The translations under genes and the position numbers were made by a program. 64,000 bases of DNA from positions 1-64,000 of the IMG/VR virus record IMGVR_UViG_3300010280_000442; one strand, given 5' to 3'. Source of the DNA: a virus (taxonomy: Duplodnaviria; Heunggongvirae; Uroviricota; Caudoviricetes). Below, in pieces: positions 54,000 to 62,680 of this stretch. The notes beneath the pieces were generated by a model. The model had not been told where the DNA came from. It worked only from the letters and a program-made list of their open reading frames with translations, and did no database searches. Position 1 is the first letter of the stretch. Each line of letters opens with the position of its first letter.

Positions 54000-55269
54000 T
54001 GCCGCCCTCCGTTTCTGCCTCGAAGGTAGCAACCTCATCAAACTTCAGCTTCTGTCCGTCACGGATGACATACACGTCATCGTACCGGCCTTCCCGGAAT
54101 TTGATATACCGCTTCACTGCGACATCCACGAACTTTGGTTCCAGCTCTACCCCATAGCAGATGCGATCCAGCTGTTCACAGGCGATCAGCGTGGAAGCGG
54201 AACCGAGGAACCCATCCAGGACGATGCCATTGGTCATGGTACACTGCCTGATCAGATACGCGATCAGCGGCACAGGCTTAGAGGATGGATGCCCACAGCC
54301 CTCATCCTTTGAACTCTTTACACGGGGGAATTCAAACACAGTCGTTTGTTTCTGGTCGCCATACCAGCGGTGCCGCCCGTCTTTCCGCCACCCCCAGATG
54401 ATCGGCTCATGGTTATATTTCCAATCCGTCCGGGTCAGCACCAGCCGGTCCTTTTTCCAGACCAGCCCGGCGCCAACTTTAAAACCGGCGTCCTCAAAAG
54501 CGTCATGGAAAATGCGGGCTTTCGCCGTGGCATAGAATACATAGATGGATGCGTCCTGCGCCATCGCTTCGTGGAAACAGGCAAACGCTTTCATGAGAAA
54601 CTGCAAAGCGTCATAGTCATCCAGGTCATCGTTGGTGATGGAACCGGACGTACTCTCCAGACGGACCATATACGGCGGGTCTGTGCAGACCAGATTTGCT
54701 TTCACCCCCGCCAGCAACTTATCGTAAGTCTCCTGCGAAGTGGAATCACCACAGATAACTGAATGCTTCCCAAGATTCCAAATGTCCCCCGGCTTCGAGA
54801 AGGCAGGCTGCTTCAGCTCGGATTCCACATCGAAATCATCTTCGGTGATCTCCTTGCTGTGGACCTTGTTGAACAGCGTCTCAATCTCCGGAGGGTCAAA
54901 GCCTGTCTTGCCGAGGTCAAAGTCGCTGCTTTCGATATCCTTCAAAAGTTCCGCCAGCAGGGAATCATCCCATGCGCCGGTAATCTTGTTGAGCGCAATA
55001 TTGAGTGCTTTTTCCCGAACCTTATCCACATCCACCACGGCGCAGGGCACTTCCGTGTATCCAAGATCCATCGCAACGGTCAGGCGCTGATGCCCGCCGA
55101 TAATCGTCATGTCCGCATTCACTACCAGCGGATCGGCAAAGCCGAACTCTTCTATGGAATTCTTGATTTTTTCGTACTCCTTATCCCCTGGCTTCAGCTT
55201 TTTCCGGGGATTGTAGGCGGCCGGCTTGAGTACGCCAACCGGCAGCACTTTTAATTCTGCTGTTTTCAT
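53989..55269 (-). CDS. ParB-like nuclease domain fused to an N6-adenine/N4-cytosine DNA methyltransferase (DPPY)
   Basis: N-terminal ParB/Srx fold (LKVLPVGVLKPAAYNPRK...GGHQRL). MTase motif IV VCTDPPY. Overlaps the C5-MTase start. Confidence 0.8.
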   Translation of the reverse strand: MKTAELKVLPVGVLKPAAYNPRKKLKPGDKEYEKIKNSIEEFGFADPLVVNADMTIIGGHQRLTVAMDLGYTEVPCAVVDVDKVREKALNIALNKITGAWDDSLLAELLKDIESSDFDLGKTGFDPPEIETLFNKVHSKEITEDDFDVESELKQPAFSKPGDIWNLGKHSVICGDSTSQETYDKLLAGVKANLVCTDPPYMVRLESTSGSITNDDLDDYDALQFLMKAFACFHEAMAQDASIYVFYATAKARIFHDAFEDAGFKVGAGLVWKKDRLVLTRTDWKYNHEPIIWGWRKDGRHRWYGDQKQTTVFEFPRVKSSKDEGCGHPSSKPVPLIAYLIRQCTMTNGIVLDGFLGSASTLIACEQLDRICYGVELEPKFVDVAVKRYIKFREGRYDDVYVIRDGQKLKFDEVATFEAETEGGNGE

Positions 55270-55293
55270 TTCTGCCTCCCATGTATGATTGGT

Positions 55294-55542
55294 TTACACA
55301 CGCATGACCTCGGAAAACGGGACAAAAAAGGAGCCGAACAAAAAGCCCGACTCCCACGTATCTTCATCCTTTTCATCCCCGGTGATTTCCGACAAAGGCT
55401 TTTTCGTAATCAGATACCACTGTGGCTCTTTTCCTCCCATGGATGCCAGCACCTTATCCTCCGCCTCGTCAATCGCATGTACACAAATACCTCCCGCATT
55501 GCACACGGGAAACACCCCGATGATCTTCAATGCTTCACTCAT
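55294..55542 (-). CDS. hypothetical small protein
   Basis: RBS GGGAGGAGAG before ATG MSEALKII; overlaps the stop of the upstream gene by 8 nt. Confidence 0.3.
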   Translation of the reverse strand: MSEALKIIGVFPVCNAGGICVHAIDEAEDKVLASMGGKEPQWYLITKKPLSEITGDEKDEDTWESGFLFGSFFVPFSEVMRV

Positions 55543-56059
55543 CTTCAGACACTCTCCTCCCATACCGGTACTCAAAATAACACTCCCGGCAGCAGAATCG
55601 CCTCTTCCGCCGCGCCGCCTTCGCCACCGGGAATTTTTTTCCACAGTTTTCACAGGTTATCTCCCCGCCGCTTTCATCCCGTCGCTTCTCCCTATTCCAC
55701 CATTTGTCACGGCAGGCATTGGAACAGAATTTCTTCCACCGCCCGCGCTGGGGCTGCTCCAGCACACTGCCGCATACAGGGCATCTCATGCCGGCCGGCT
55801 CCCTTTTACGATATCTGAGCCATTCCTCCTCTTCCTCTGAAAACCCAAGCCCGCAAATGCCGGAAGTGGGAAGACCCAGCTGAAGGCAGTACACAAGGGC
55901 CTGCCCCACAGGAATACCCGTCTGCTCCGCTATTTCACGGCACTCCAGCCCCGCCAGACGGAGACGCCGCACTTTTTCCCGTTCGGCGTCATATGCGCTC
56001 CCCTCCAACACACATTCCAATGGGATGCCTGTTTCTCTTTGTTCAGCCAATACTGCCAC
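55535..56059 (-). CDS. sigma-70 region-4-like HTH fused to two Zn-ribbon repeats (candidate phage transcription regulator)
   Basis: HTH-like LRLAGLECREIAEQTGIPVGQ. Repeats CPVCGSV...RWKKFCSNACRDKWW and CENCGKKF...RRFCCRECYFEY. Start probably GTG; uncertain. Confidence 0.45.
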   Translation of the reverse strand: MAVLAEQRETGIPLECVLEGSAYDAEREKVRRLRLAGLECREIAEQTGIPVGQALVYCLQLGLPTSGICGLGFSEEEEEWLRYRKREPAGMRCPVCGSVLEQPQRGRWKKFCSNACRDKWWNREKRRDESGGEITCENCGKKFPVAKAARRKRRFCCRECYFEYRYGRRVSEDE

Positions 56060-56086
56060 CCGCCTTTCCCTTCAGACATTTTCTGT

Positions 56087-56392
56087 TTACACACATTTGG
56101 TTTTCTTTCCCTTTGCCCTGCCCTTATTAGCGCAGGCGTGGCTGCAGTATTTCCGCGGATTCCCATATTCGCGGCTGGCCGTAAACTGCCTCCCGCATTC
56201 CGGGCAGACGGCGGTCCGTGCGGACTTCCAGTTCTCCGGCTTCGGGTGGCTCCACCTCCATGCGTCCCGGCACTTCGCGGAACAGAACTTCCTTGGCCTG
56301 CCGACCGGGTTGCGTTCCACCGCTTTTCCGCAGTTCGGGCAGAAGCCCATCGCCACGCTGTCTATATACTCCTGTTCCTCCCCTTCTTCCAT
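56087..56392 (-). CDS. tandem Zn-ribbon protein (TRASH/YHS-like C-P-x-C-G ... [RK][FY]CS-x2-C repeats)
   Basis: CPNCGKAVERNPVGRPRKFCSAKCRDAWR and CPECGRQFTASREYGNPRKYCSHACANKGR. Confidence 0.45.
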   Translation of the reverse strand: MEEGEEQEYIDSVAMGFCPNCGKAVERNPVGRPRKFCSAKCRDAWRWSHPKPENWKSARTAVCPECGRQFTASREYGNPRKYCSHACANKGRAKGKKTKCV

Positions 56393-56940
56393 TGGTACAG
56401 CCCCCTTTCTTTCTCCGCGGCCTCATGTTGCGCCGAAACGCCCCCGTTTTTCACAAAAAAGGTTAAAAAACAGGCAAAAAACGGGTCGGTCCCTCTGCGC
56501 CCCAAAACAGATTTTTATTTTTGCGGGTTCTTGTTTCCTAATACGGATTTCATTTTGAATAAAAATATCCGGAACAAACAAAAACGCATGGAAAATCAAC
56601 GGTTTTCACCGATTTTTCCACACGCTTTGGTTCATCCCGAATCTAATATTTCCGGGGAACCGGCTGTCCTGCCGCGCCTCTTATCCTCATATCTCATTTT
56701 GCGCCGAAACTGCCAGACCCCCGGCCTATCAAATTCGCGGATTTTTACGTTTGAGGGGGCGGCGGTCTCCGCGGCACTTCACCACAGAGAAGTGAACCCG
56801 GCCCCCGGCGGGCCCTTTCCGCCATAATGTACACAAACAAAACCGCAAAAATCTGTGTAGATTATGGGATCGGATTTGCTGGATATATTCCGATTTCAGA
56901 GGTAACATGACCATACTTCAAAGAAAGGAGGCATGAACCT

Positions 56941-57126
56941 TTGAACGACAAACAGAAAAGGAACCGCCGCAGGAAAGTCTATCTCACTTACCAGGGGAAC
57001 ATCCCTTCCCCACAGATCCGTCTGGAAGGGAAGTGGCTGGAGCAGCTCGGCTTCACGACCGGCTGCTTCGTGTCCATCCAGTGTGAGGAGGGACGGCTGG
57101 TGATTGAGAAAGACACCACTCAGTAG
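56941..57126 (+). CDS. SymE-like (AbrB-fold) small protein
   Basis: SPQIRLEGKWLEQLGFTTGCFVSIQCEEGRLVIE aligns with the conserved SymE core [33 protein letters not shown]. TTG start after RBS AAAGGAGG. Confidence 0.55.
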   Translation: MNDKQKRNRRRKVYLTYQGNIPSPQIRLEGKWLEQLGFTTGCFVSIQCEEGRLVIEKDTTQ

Positions 57127-57485
57127 GTGTAGGTCGGATTGCTATCCTCCGCCCGTGTCTTTTTATCATGGCACTGCTTACATAAACTTCTCCAGTTGCT
57201 CCGGTCCCAGAACAGCCTTTGGTCGCCTCGGTGTGGGGTGATGTGGTCAACCACTGTCGCCTTCACATACCGCGGCGGCTGTTTCTTCATGCACAGCACA
57301 CACAGCGGATGCGCCTGCAGGTATTCCCGGCTGGCTTTCTGCCACTTCCTTCCGTACCCGCGCTTTGCAGCTGACCGCACTTCTTCCGGGTGCAGCGCCT
57401 TGTGTTTCTCACAGTATTTCTGCCCGTAAGGGACAAGAGCAGCACAGCCGGGATGTCTGCACGGTGTGTTCGGTCTGTATGGCAT
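57120..57485 (-). CDS. HNH endonuclease
   Basis: Cys pairs plus the HNH core VDHITPHRGDQRLFWDRSNWRSLCKQCHDKKT. RBS GGGAGGCGG. Confidence 0.75.
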   Translation of the reverse strand: MPYRPNTPCRHPGCAALVPYGQKYCEKHKALHPEEVRSAAKRGYGRKWQKASREYLQAHPLCVLCMKKQPPRYVKATVVDHITPHRGDQRLFWDRSNWRSLCKQCHDKKTRAEDSNPTYTY

Positions 57486-57533
57486 ATGCTCCGCCTCCCA
57501 TCTTAAAAAAATTTTCTCGTTGCTATTTAGGCA

Positions 57534-57562
57534 TGATTTGAGTACAATAGTAATGAGATGTA
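57534..57562 (+). promoter_or_regulatory. promoter P1 TTGCTA-N17-TACAAT (duplicate of P2) driving a structured ~120-nt leader/small RNA
   Basis: TTGCTATTTAGGCATGATTTGAGTACAAT. Downstream inverted repeat GTAATGAGATGTACGCTCGCCAGTCATTAC, ending in A8T5. Confidence 0.4.
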
Positions 57563-57683
57563 CGCTCGCCAGTCATTACGTCTGGAATATCTTGAACGTA
57601 CATGTTTATCTTCCGCAAGCGACGGGGTGCTGCAAAGCGTAGAATATCGCTTACGTGTACTCAAAAAAAATTTTTCAAAGCAG

Positions 57684-57712
57684 TTGCTATTTCGGCGCAT
57701 TTTGAGTATAAT
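57684..57712 (+). promoter_or_regulatory. promoter P2 TTGCTA-N17-TATAAT for the type III TA locus
   Basis: TTGCTATTTCGGCGCATTTTGAGTATAAT. Confidence 0.5.
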
Positions 57713-57734
57713 AATAGTGAGCCAAGAGCTCGAT

Positions 57735-57855
57735 GCGCTTTACAGTGTGCGGTTCAAACACTGTTTATGCAAAAATGTTTCGCAATGTACGGCACTGAAA
57801 CATTGCTTATACAAGTACGCTTCACAATGTGCGGCACTGAAACATTGTTTAACAG
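57735..57855 (+). ncRNA. ToxI-like antitoxin RNA: three tandem ~41-nt repeats, each with an internal inverted repeat
   Basis: ACAGTGTGCGGTTCAAACACTGTTTAT / CAATGTACGGCACTGAAACATTGCTTAT / CAATGTGCGGCACTGAAACATTGTTTAA, spaced 40-42 nt apart, lying between promoter and terminator directly upstream of the toxin ORF. Confidence 0.55.
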
Positions 57856-57885
57856 CCTCCGGTTTAGGCCGGAGGCTTACTTTTA
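57854..57885 (+). terminator. intrinsic terminator between the repeat array and the toxin gene
   Basis: AGCCTCCGGTTTAGGCCGGAGGCT then TACTTTT. Confidence 0.55.
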
Positions 57886-57911
57886 GCAAAAGAAACAGCA
57901 GGAGTCACAAC

Positions 57912-58415
57912 ATGATTGAACGGGGATTATATTATGCCACTACTTCTTTTCAGAAAATGATACAGTCCGTAGGCGGCACATGGAATGATACAAAGCACAG
58001 GCCGATTGTATGCCTGATAAAATCAAGTGAACATGACCAGCTTTATTGGGCAATCCCAATGGGAAAACTAAACCACCGTGATGCCCAACAGCAAAAAAGG
58101 CTAAACTTTTATCTAAACCTTCCCGAACGAGATATTCGTTCCTGCTATTACCACATTGGTCGAACCACGACAAAATCTATATTTTTCATCAGTGACGCAA
58201 TCCCCATTACTGATAAATACATAGACGGAGTTCATGTGGGTGCAGACAAACAGCACTATATTATTAAAAATCCAAAGTTGGTTGCTGAACTTGAAAGAAA
58301 GCTACTCCGTATTTTGTCCGTGGAGAACTCCAAAAATAATAGTTTCCGTCAACATATCACAGATGTAAAAAACTATCTGCTATCTGAATTGAATTCTACC
58401 AGCACCTCAGAATAA
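57912..58415 (+). CDS. ToxN/AbiQ-family type III toxin (endoribonuclease), low GC
   Basis: 167 aa. Layout is promoter, tandem repeats, terminator, toxin. N-terminal region LYYATTSFQKMIQS...RPIVCLIKSSEHDQLYWAIPMGKL resembles the AbiQ/ToxN N-terminus (FYTISSKYIEYL...KAFIGIVLEIQGHKYLAPLTSPK) in pattern only, not identity. The ORF-track start at 57558 was rejected because it runs through the repeats. Confidence 0.55.
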   Translation: MIERGLYYATTSFQKMIQSVGGTWNDTKHRPIVCLIKSSEHDQLYWAIPMGKLNHRDAQQQKRLNFYLNLPERDIRSCYYHIGRTTTKSIFFISDAIPITDKYIDGVHVGADKQHYIIKNPKLVAELERKLLRILSVENSKNNSFRQHITDVKNYLLSELNSTSTSE

Positions 58416-58429
58416 TCTGAGGTGCTTTT

Positions 58430-59497
58430 TTATTCCTCCCACGGAAGTCCGGGTCTGCCGAAGTGTCCGTAAGAAGATACCAGGTTGTAGTCCACATCCA
58501 AGAGATGCAATCTGCTGATAATCCCCCTCGGCGTCAGATCGTAGCTGTCCCCCACATAAGCCTGAATGAAATCCAGCGGCTGGAACTCTGTGCCGAAGCA
58601 GTCCACGTTGACGGACACAGGCTCCGTCATGCCAATCGCATAGGCAAGCTGTACCTCGCATTTCTCCGCATAGCCGGCCTGCACAATATCACGGGCGATC
58701 TTCCGTGCCATGTATGCGGCGCTGCGGTCAACCTTGCTGGGGTCTTTCCCGGACAGGGCTCCTCCCCCAATCCTGCCGATGCCGCCGTAGGTGTCACACG
58801 CCAGCTTACGGCCAGTCACGCCACAGTCTGCAAAGCTGCCGCCCACCACAAAGCGCCCGGTCGGATTGACCAGCTTTACAAAATCACCGTTCAACCCATA
58901 CTCACAAGCGGCAAGCACCATCATGCCCTCGATGATGTGCCGGAAGTCGTTCACTTCCACATCCGGGCTGTGCTGCACGGAGCAAAGGAAAGTAGTGATC
59001 CTGCCGGACTGGTAATCAAAGCTGACCTGCGCCTTCGCGTCCACACGGAACATCTTTGACGGATGGTTCTTTAAGAGCCGCAGAAACTTGGTAGCAACCA
59101 CAAAAGGAATCGGCAGAAGCTCCGGAGTTTCATTAGTGGCGTACCCGAACATGATCCCCTGGTCTCCCGCGCCTCCTTTATCCACACCGAGTGCAATATC
59201 CGGAGACTGCTCTTTTACCAGAATACCGATATCAAGGTGCTGTTCCATGCCGTACCCCAGTTTCCCGTATCCGATCCGTTCCAGCACCTCATCCACCAGT
59301 TTGCGGTAATTCGGCTGATGCTTACTGGTCAGTTCTCCAGCGATAATCAGATGGCTGTCCTTCAAAAGACACTCAATCGCCACACGGCTGTTTTTGTCAT
59401 GCTCTAGGCAGTCGGTCACAATGGCATCCGCGATCTGGTCGCAGATTTTATCCGGATGTCCAGCCGACACCTGCTCACAGGTATAAATCTTACTCAT
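58430..59497 (-). CDS. metK: S-adenosylmethionine synthetase (methionine adenosyltransferase)
   Basis: Signature blocks GHPDKICDQIADA, GAGDQGIMFGYA, DTYGG, GGGALSGKDPSKVDRSAAY. Start ATG MSKIYT with RBS GGAGGAAAAATAAA. Confidence 0.9.
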   Translation of the reverse strand: MSKIYTCEQVSAGHPDKICDQIADAIVTDCLEHDKNSRVAIECLLKDSHLIIAGELTSKHQPNYRKLVDEVLERIGYGKLGYGMEQHLDIGILVKEQSPDIALGVDKGGAGDQGIMFGYATNETPELLPIPFVVATKFLRLLKNHPSKMFRVDAKAQVSFDYQSGRITTFLCSVQHSPDVEVNDFRHIIEGMMVLAACEYGLNGDFVKLVNPTGRFVVGGSFADCGVTGRKLACDTYGGIGRIGGGALSGKDPSKVDRSAAYMARKIARDIVQAGYAEKCEVQLAYAIGMTEPVSVNVDCFGTEFQPLDFIQAYVGDSYDLTPRGIISRLHLLDVDYNLVSSYGHFGRPGLPWEE

Positions 59498-59498
59498 T

Positions 59499-59693
59499 TT
59501 ATTTTTCCTCCACTTCCCATTCGAAAACCACAACGGAAATCAGATCCCCATCCACAACCACCGTATTCATTGCCGCTACAGTAGCGCCTGGATGCGCTTC
59601 AATCCATTTGTTCATTTTAACTGCGATGCCATCACCACGCATATCAGCCTCTTGAATAGATGTGTACTCCTTAAATTCCACTACCACAGTCAT
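59499..59693 (-). CDS. hypothetical small protein, translationally coupled to metK
   Basis: 64-aa ORF ending 1 nt before the metK start. Confidence 0.35.
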   Translation of the reverse strand: MTVVVEFKEYTSIQEADMRGDGIAVKMNKWIEAHPGATVAAMNTVVVDGDLISVVVFEWEVEEK

Positions 59694-59879
59694 ATCAAAA
59701 ATCTCCTCTCATTTTCTCTATGCATCAAAACAGGCACCCTTTGCCCTTGCCCACAATTCTGGCCAGTGCAATGGATGCCCACAATGAGTCATATTAACGA
59801 TCCATACATATCAAACACACTCCGAAAACGTGTTGCCGAATCCGTTGCCGAATAATCAGCCTCTTTTTCCGTTCTTTCC

Positions 59880-60240
59880 GTCGCCTCAAACCGTGTTTTC
59901 CATTGAAAATACGCTGTTTTTTTGCTGTTGCCAGATTTATATTTTTCTTTTTGTTGCTAATGTTGCTGATAAAATATAAATCGTTCACGTGAAAATAAAT
60001 AAAAAAAGCTAACCATAGCAACAGCAACATCAGCAACGCTCAAGCATTCTAAAAGAGGGCTTCCTAAAAAAGCACGTTTTTCCGCACTTTCCATCCGATA
60101 AACCGGTCAAATTTCGTTGCGGGAAGTTGCCACATGGTTGCCGATGCAAAATCCATTGTCGCTGATGTTGCCGAAGATAATGTTCAATGCTGTAAAATGC
60201 AAAATGACGCATACACTGAATCTATCGGCAACACCGGCGA
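59880..60240. other. putative origin of replication: GTTGC(T/C)-type iterons in both orientations flanking an AT-rich stretch
   Basis: TTGCTGTTGCCAG, TTGTTGCTAATGTTGCTGAT, AT-rich AAAATATAAATCGTTCACGTGAAAATAAATAAAAAAAG, ATAGCAACAGCAACATCAGCAAC, then GTTGCGGGAAGTTGCCACATGGTTGCCGATGC and CGCTGATGTTGCCGAAG. Lies immediately downstream of the primase-helicase gene. Confidence 0.35.
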
Positions 60241-60250
60241 CATTTCTGTG

Positions 60251-62680
60251 TTAATCGACTGGCACCAAATCAGGCGCAATGTCTTCATCTGGTAAGAACT
60301 CCACATCCAATACCATCGGTGTCGCACATCCACTTCCATCTGCTGGACGCTTCTTTACGATAGCATACTTCCTACTGATAGCCGGTTTGAAATTCTTCAT
60401 ACTCTCTGGACGGTACCCATTTTCCGTACACCAATCCTTGTATCGGTTATACATGGCAGAAGTACGCAGTTCCTTTCCAGGAGCGTCCGCTATACAGGAC
60501 ATGAAAAACTGAGCCATCCGGTCAGACTCCTTGTGATAGGCATTAGTTGCCTCCAGCACCGACTCCGGCATATCCAGTCCCTCGCTCTCAAAGAGACTGT
60601 ATCCATCCAGCAGCCAGTTAAAAATACCTGACATGTTATCCGGTTCAGCGAAGAACGCTTTCAAGCCCTTATCCTGCTCTTCCTCCTCGAAATGACGGTT
60701 AAACGGGATGATCTTAATCCGCCCGGAATCAAACAAAGTCAGATCTGTGATATTCGGCAGATGGTTTGTGTTAATGAAAATTTTGAAATTAGGCCGGAAC
60801 TCAAAGCTATTCTCATGCAGGAACCGGGCTGTGATGGAATCATTACCCGTCAGCCGCTTGGTAAACGCGGCATCCATTGTGAGCTTCTTTTCCGGCTCCG
60901 AAATATTAACGAATCGGGAACCCGCCAAGCGTGCCACTTCCTCTGTCGGTCCATTGCTCTGTGCATTAAACTTCATGGCAAGAAGTGCCGGATCTGCATT
61001 GCGTCCATAGTCTCCCATAATCCGCAAAAAGGTTTCCATCATTGTACCTTTTCCATTTCTGGACGTTGCTCCGTATAGAATAAACAGACATTCCATCCGT
61101 GTGTCGCCGGAAAGGGCATACCCCAGTGCTTTCCGAATGTATCTGATACGTGCTTCATCCCCCTGCATAACTTCCTCCATGAATTGTGTCCATCGCGGAC
61201 ATTGCGCCTCCGGGTCATAAGTAATCGGAGAAATTTTAGTCAGATAATCCTCTGCCCTGTGCTCCCTGAATTCCAGTGTTCTTAAATTTAAAGTCCCATT
61301 GGTAAGGTTGAACAGATAGATATCCCGGTCAAAGAAAGACATTGCCAAAGGATACACCGACCTTGCATCCTTCAGCATCGTTTCCCTGTGCTTTCTCAGC
61401 TGCAGCTTACGCACACGGTCAATAAACCGCTTTCTGCTATCTTCCTCCTTGATTTTGATGGAATAATTCAAAAGGCGGTCAGCAAGAAGTTTTGCCAGCT
61501 CCGCCACCTTTAAACCTCCCGTGTCCGCCCTCCAGACAGTACCATCATACACATACCAGATACCCCTGTCCCGGTTATACCGCGCTACCCCCTTAAAATA
61601 ATCGGCAAACATATTTCCAACACCGATCTCATCCCTGCCATAGCGGGGATTGGTCTGTGGCTGCATCTCATCCAGTGTCAGCTTGATCTGAGATAAGTCC
61701 GGATTGTAATCTACGTCCTCTCCATCAAGATTTTGGAACTCATCCCCGGCATCAGTGATATCCTGCGGATCAACCGGGAGGTAAACAGTCTTGCAGGTGG
61801 ACACGGCATTTCGGATAGAAATTGCTCCATAAGTCGTACCCGCCTGTTTCCTGTCCCACTTTGGACGCATCATGCCTGATGAACGGAAGATTCGGTCGAT
61901 CTGCTCCTCGTCACACCCGCACCAAAAAGCAAGCATAGAAATAAAACCCATGTCGGCGTCTGACTGGTTGTCAAAATATTTCTGCCAGTTGCCTTCATAG
62001 TAATCCATGAAGCGTTCACCATTCTCCGCTCTGGCAGCGTGCTCCAGTACCTCATCATCAGACAGATATGAGCATGGCTCAATATGTGTGTTTACCACCT
62101 GGCTCTTGCGTTTCATTAAAGTATCCAGCAGCGTTTGGAGAGCCGCCATATCTGTCGGCACAATACCCTCCCGGTAGCAATTTCCAGTAACCGTCACAAA
62201 GCGGTTCGTTGCCCCGGCAAGATACACCTCCAATCCAAGAGTCCGGTTATTGATGTAGTAAACGGTCTTGTCAAAATTAAAATCTGCATCCACATGAAAG
62301 AATCCCCGCAGGCCAGAGCCGGACGGGGACCTCTCAACATATGCATCTTTGAAAATTCCCAATACGGAAGCTGCCACATCATTCAGCGAGCCATCCTCAC
62401 GAATACAGTGGTCAATATCGAAAGCTCCGATCCCGTTATCTACACGGATACCGATGCCATCATATCCGCCCATTGCATAGGTCTTAATGGCTGTGTTAAA
62501 ATCAGAAAATGTCGCGGCATGATTGCTTTGCGCCTTCTGTCCAGTCAAAGGATTATATGGTATCTTGGTCAGCCTGGATGATTTGCCCTTTCCTTTTTCC
62601 ATCTTCCAAACGCAAAAACGGCAGGATGTTTTTAGACCCGCCGGAATGTTCACAAAATTAACTGTACCCACAAATTTCAC
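60251..62680 (-). CDS. bifunctional primase-polymerase / D5-P4 family primase-helicase
   Basis: N-terminal prim-pol block (WK...KGKSSRLTKIPYNPLTGQKAQSNHAATFSDFNTA) and C-terminal D5-type NTPase with Walker A GATSRNGKGT. GTG start overlaps the MazF stop (GTGA); ATG at 62602 is an alternative. Confidence 0.8.
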   Translation of the reverse strand: MKFVGTVNFVNIPAGLKTSCRFCVWKMEKGKGKSSRLTKIPYNPLTGQKAQSNHAATFSDFNTAIKTYAMGGYDGIGIRVDNGIGAFDIDHCIREDGSLNDVAASVLGIFKDAYVERSPSGSGLRGFFHVDADFNFDKTVYYINNRTLGLEVYLAGATNRFVTVTGNCYREGIVPTDMAALQTLLDTLMKRKSQVVNTHIEPCSYLSDDEVLEHAARAENGERFMDYYEGNWQKYFDNQSDADMGFISMLAFWCGCDEEQIDRIFRSSGMMRPKWDRKQAGTTYGAISIRNAVSTCKTVYLPVDPQDITDAGDEFQNLDGEDVDYNPDLSQIKLTLDEMQPQTNPRYGRDEIGVGNMFADYFKGVARYNRDRGIWYVYDGTVWRADTGGLKVAELAKLLADRLLNYSIKIKEEDSRKRFIDRVRKLQLRKHRETMLKDARSVYPLAMSFFDRDIYLFNLTNGTLNLRTLEFREHRAEDYLTKISPITYDPEAQCPRWTQFMEEVMQGDEARIRYIRKALGYALSGDTRMECLFILYGATSRNGKGTMMETFLRIMGDYGRNADPALLAMKFNAQSNGPTEEVARLAGSRFVNISEPEKKLTMDAAFTKRLTGNDSITARFLHENSFEFRPNFKIFINTNHLPNITDLTLFDSGRIKIIPFNRHFEEEEQDKGLKAFFAEPDNMSGIFNWLLDGYSLFESEGLDMPESVLEATNAYHKESDRMAQFFMSCIADAPGKELRTSAMYNRYKDWCTENGYRPESMKNFKPAISRKYAIVKKRPADGSGCATPMVLDVEFLPDEDIAPDLVPVD

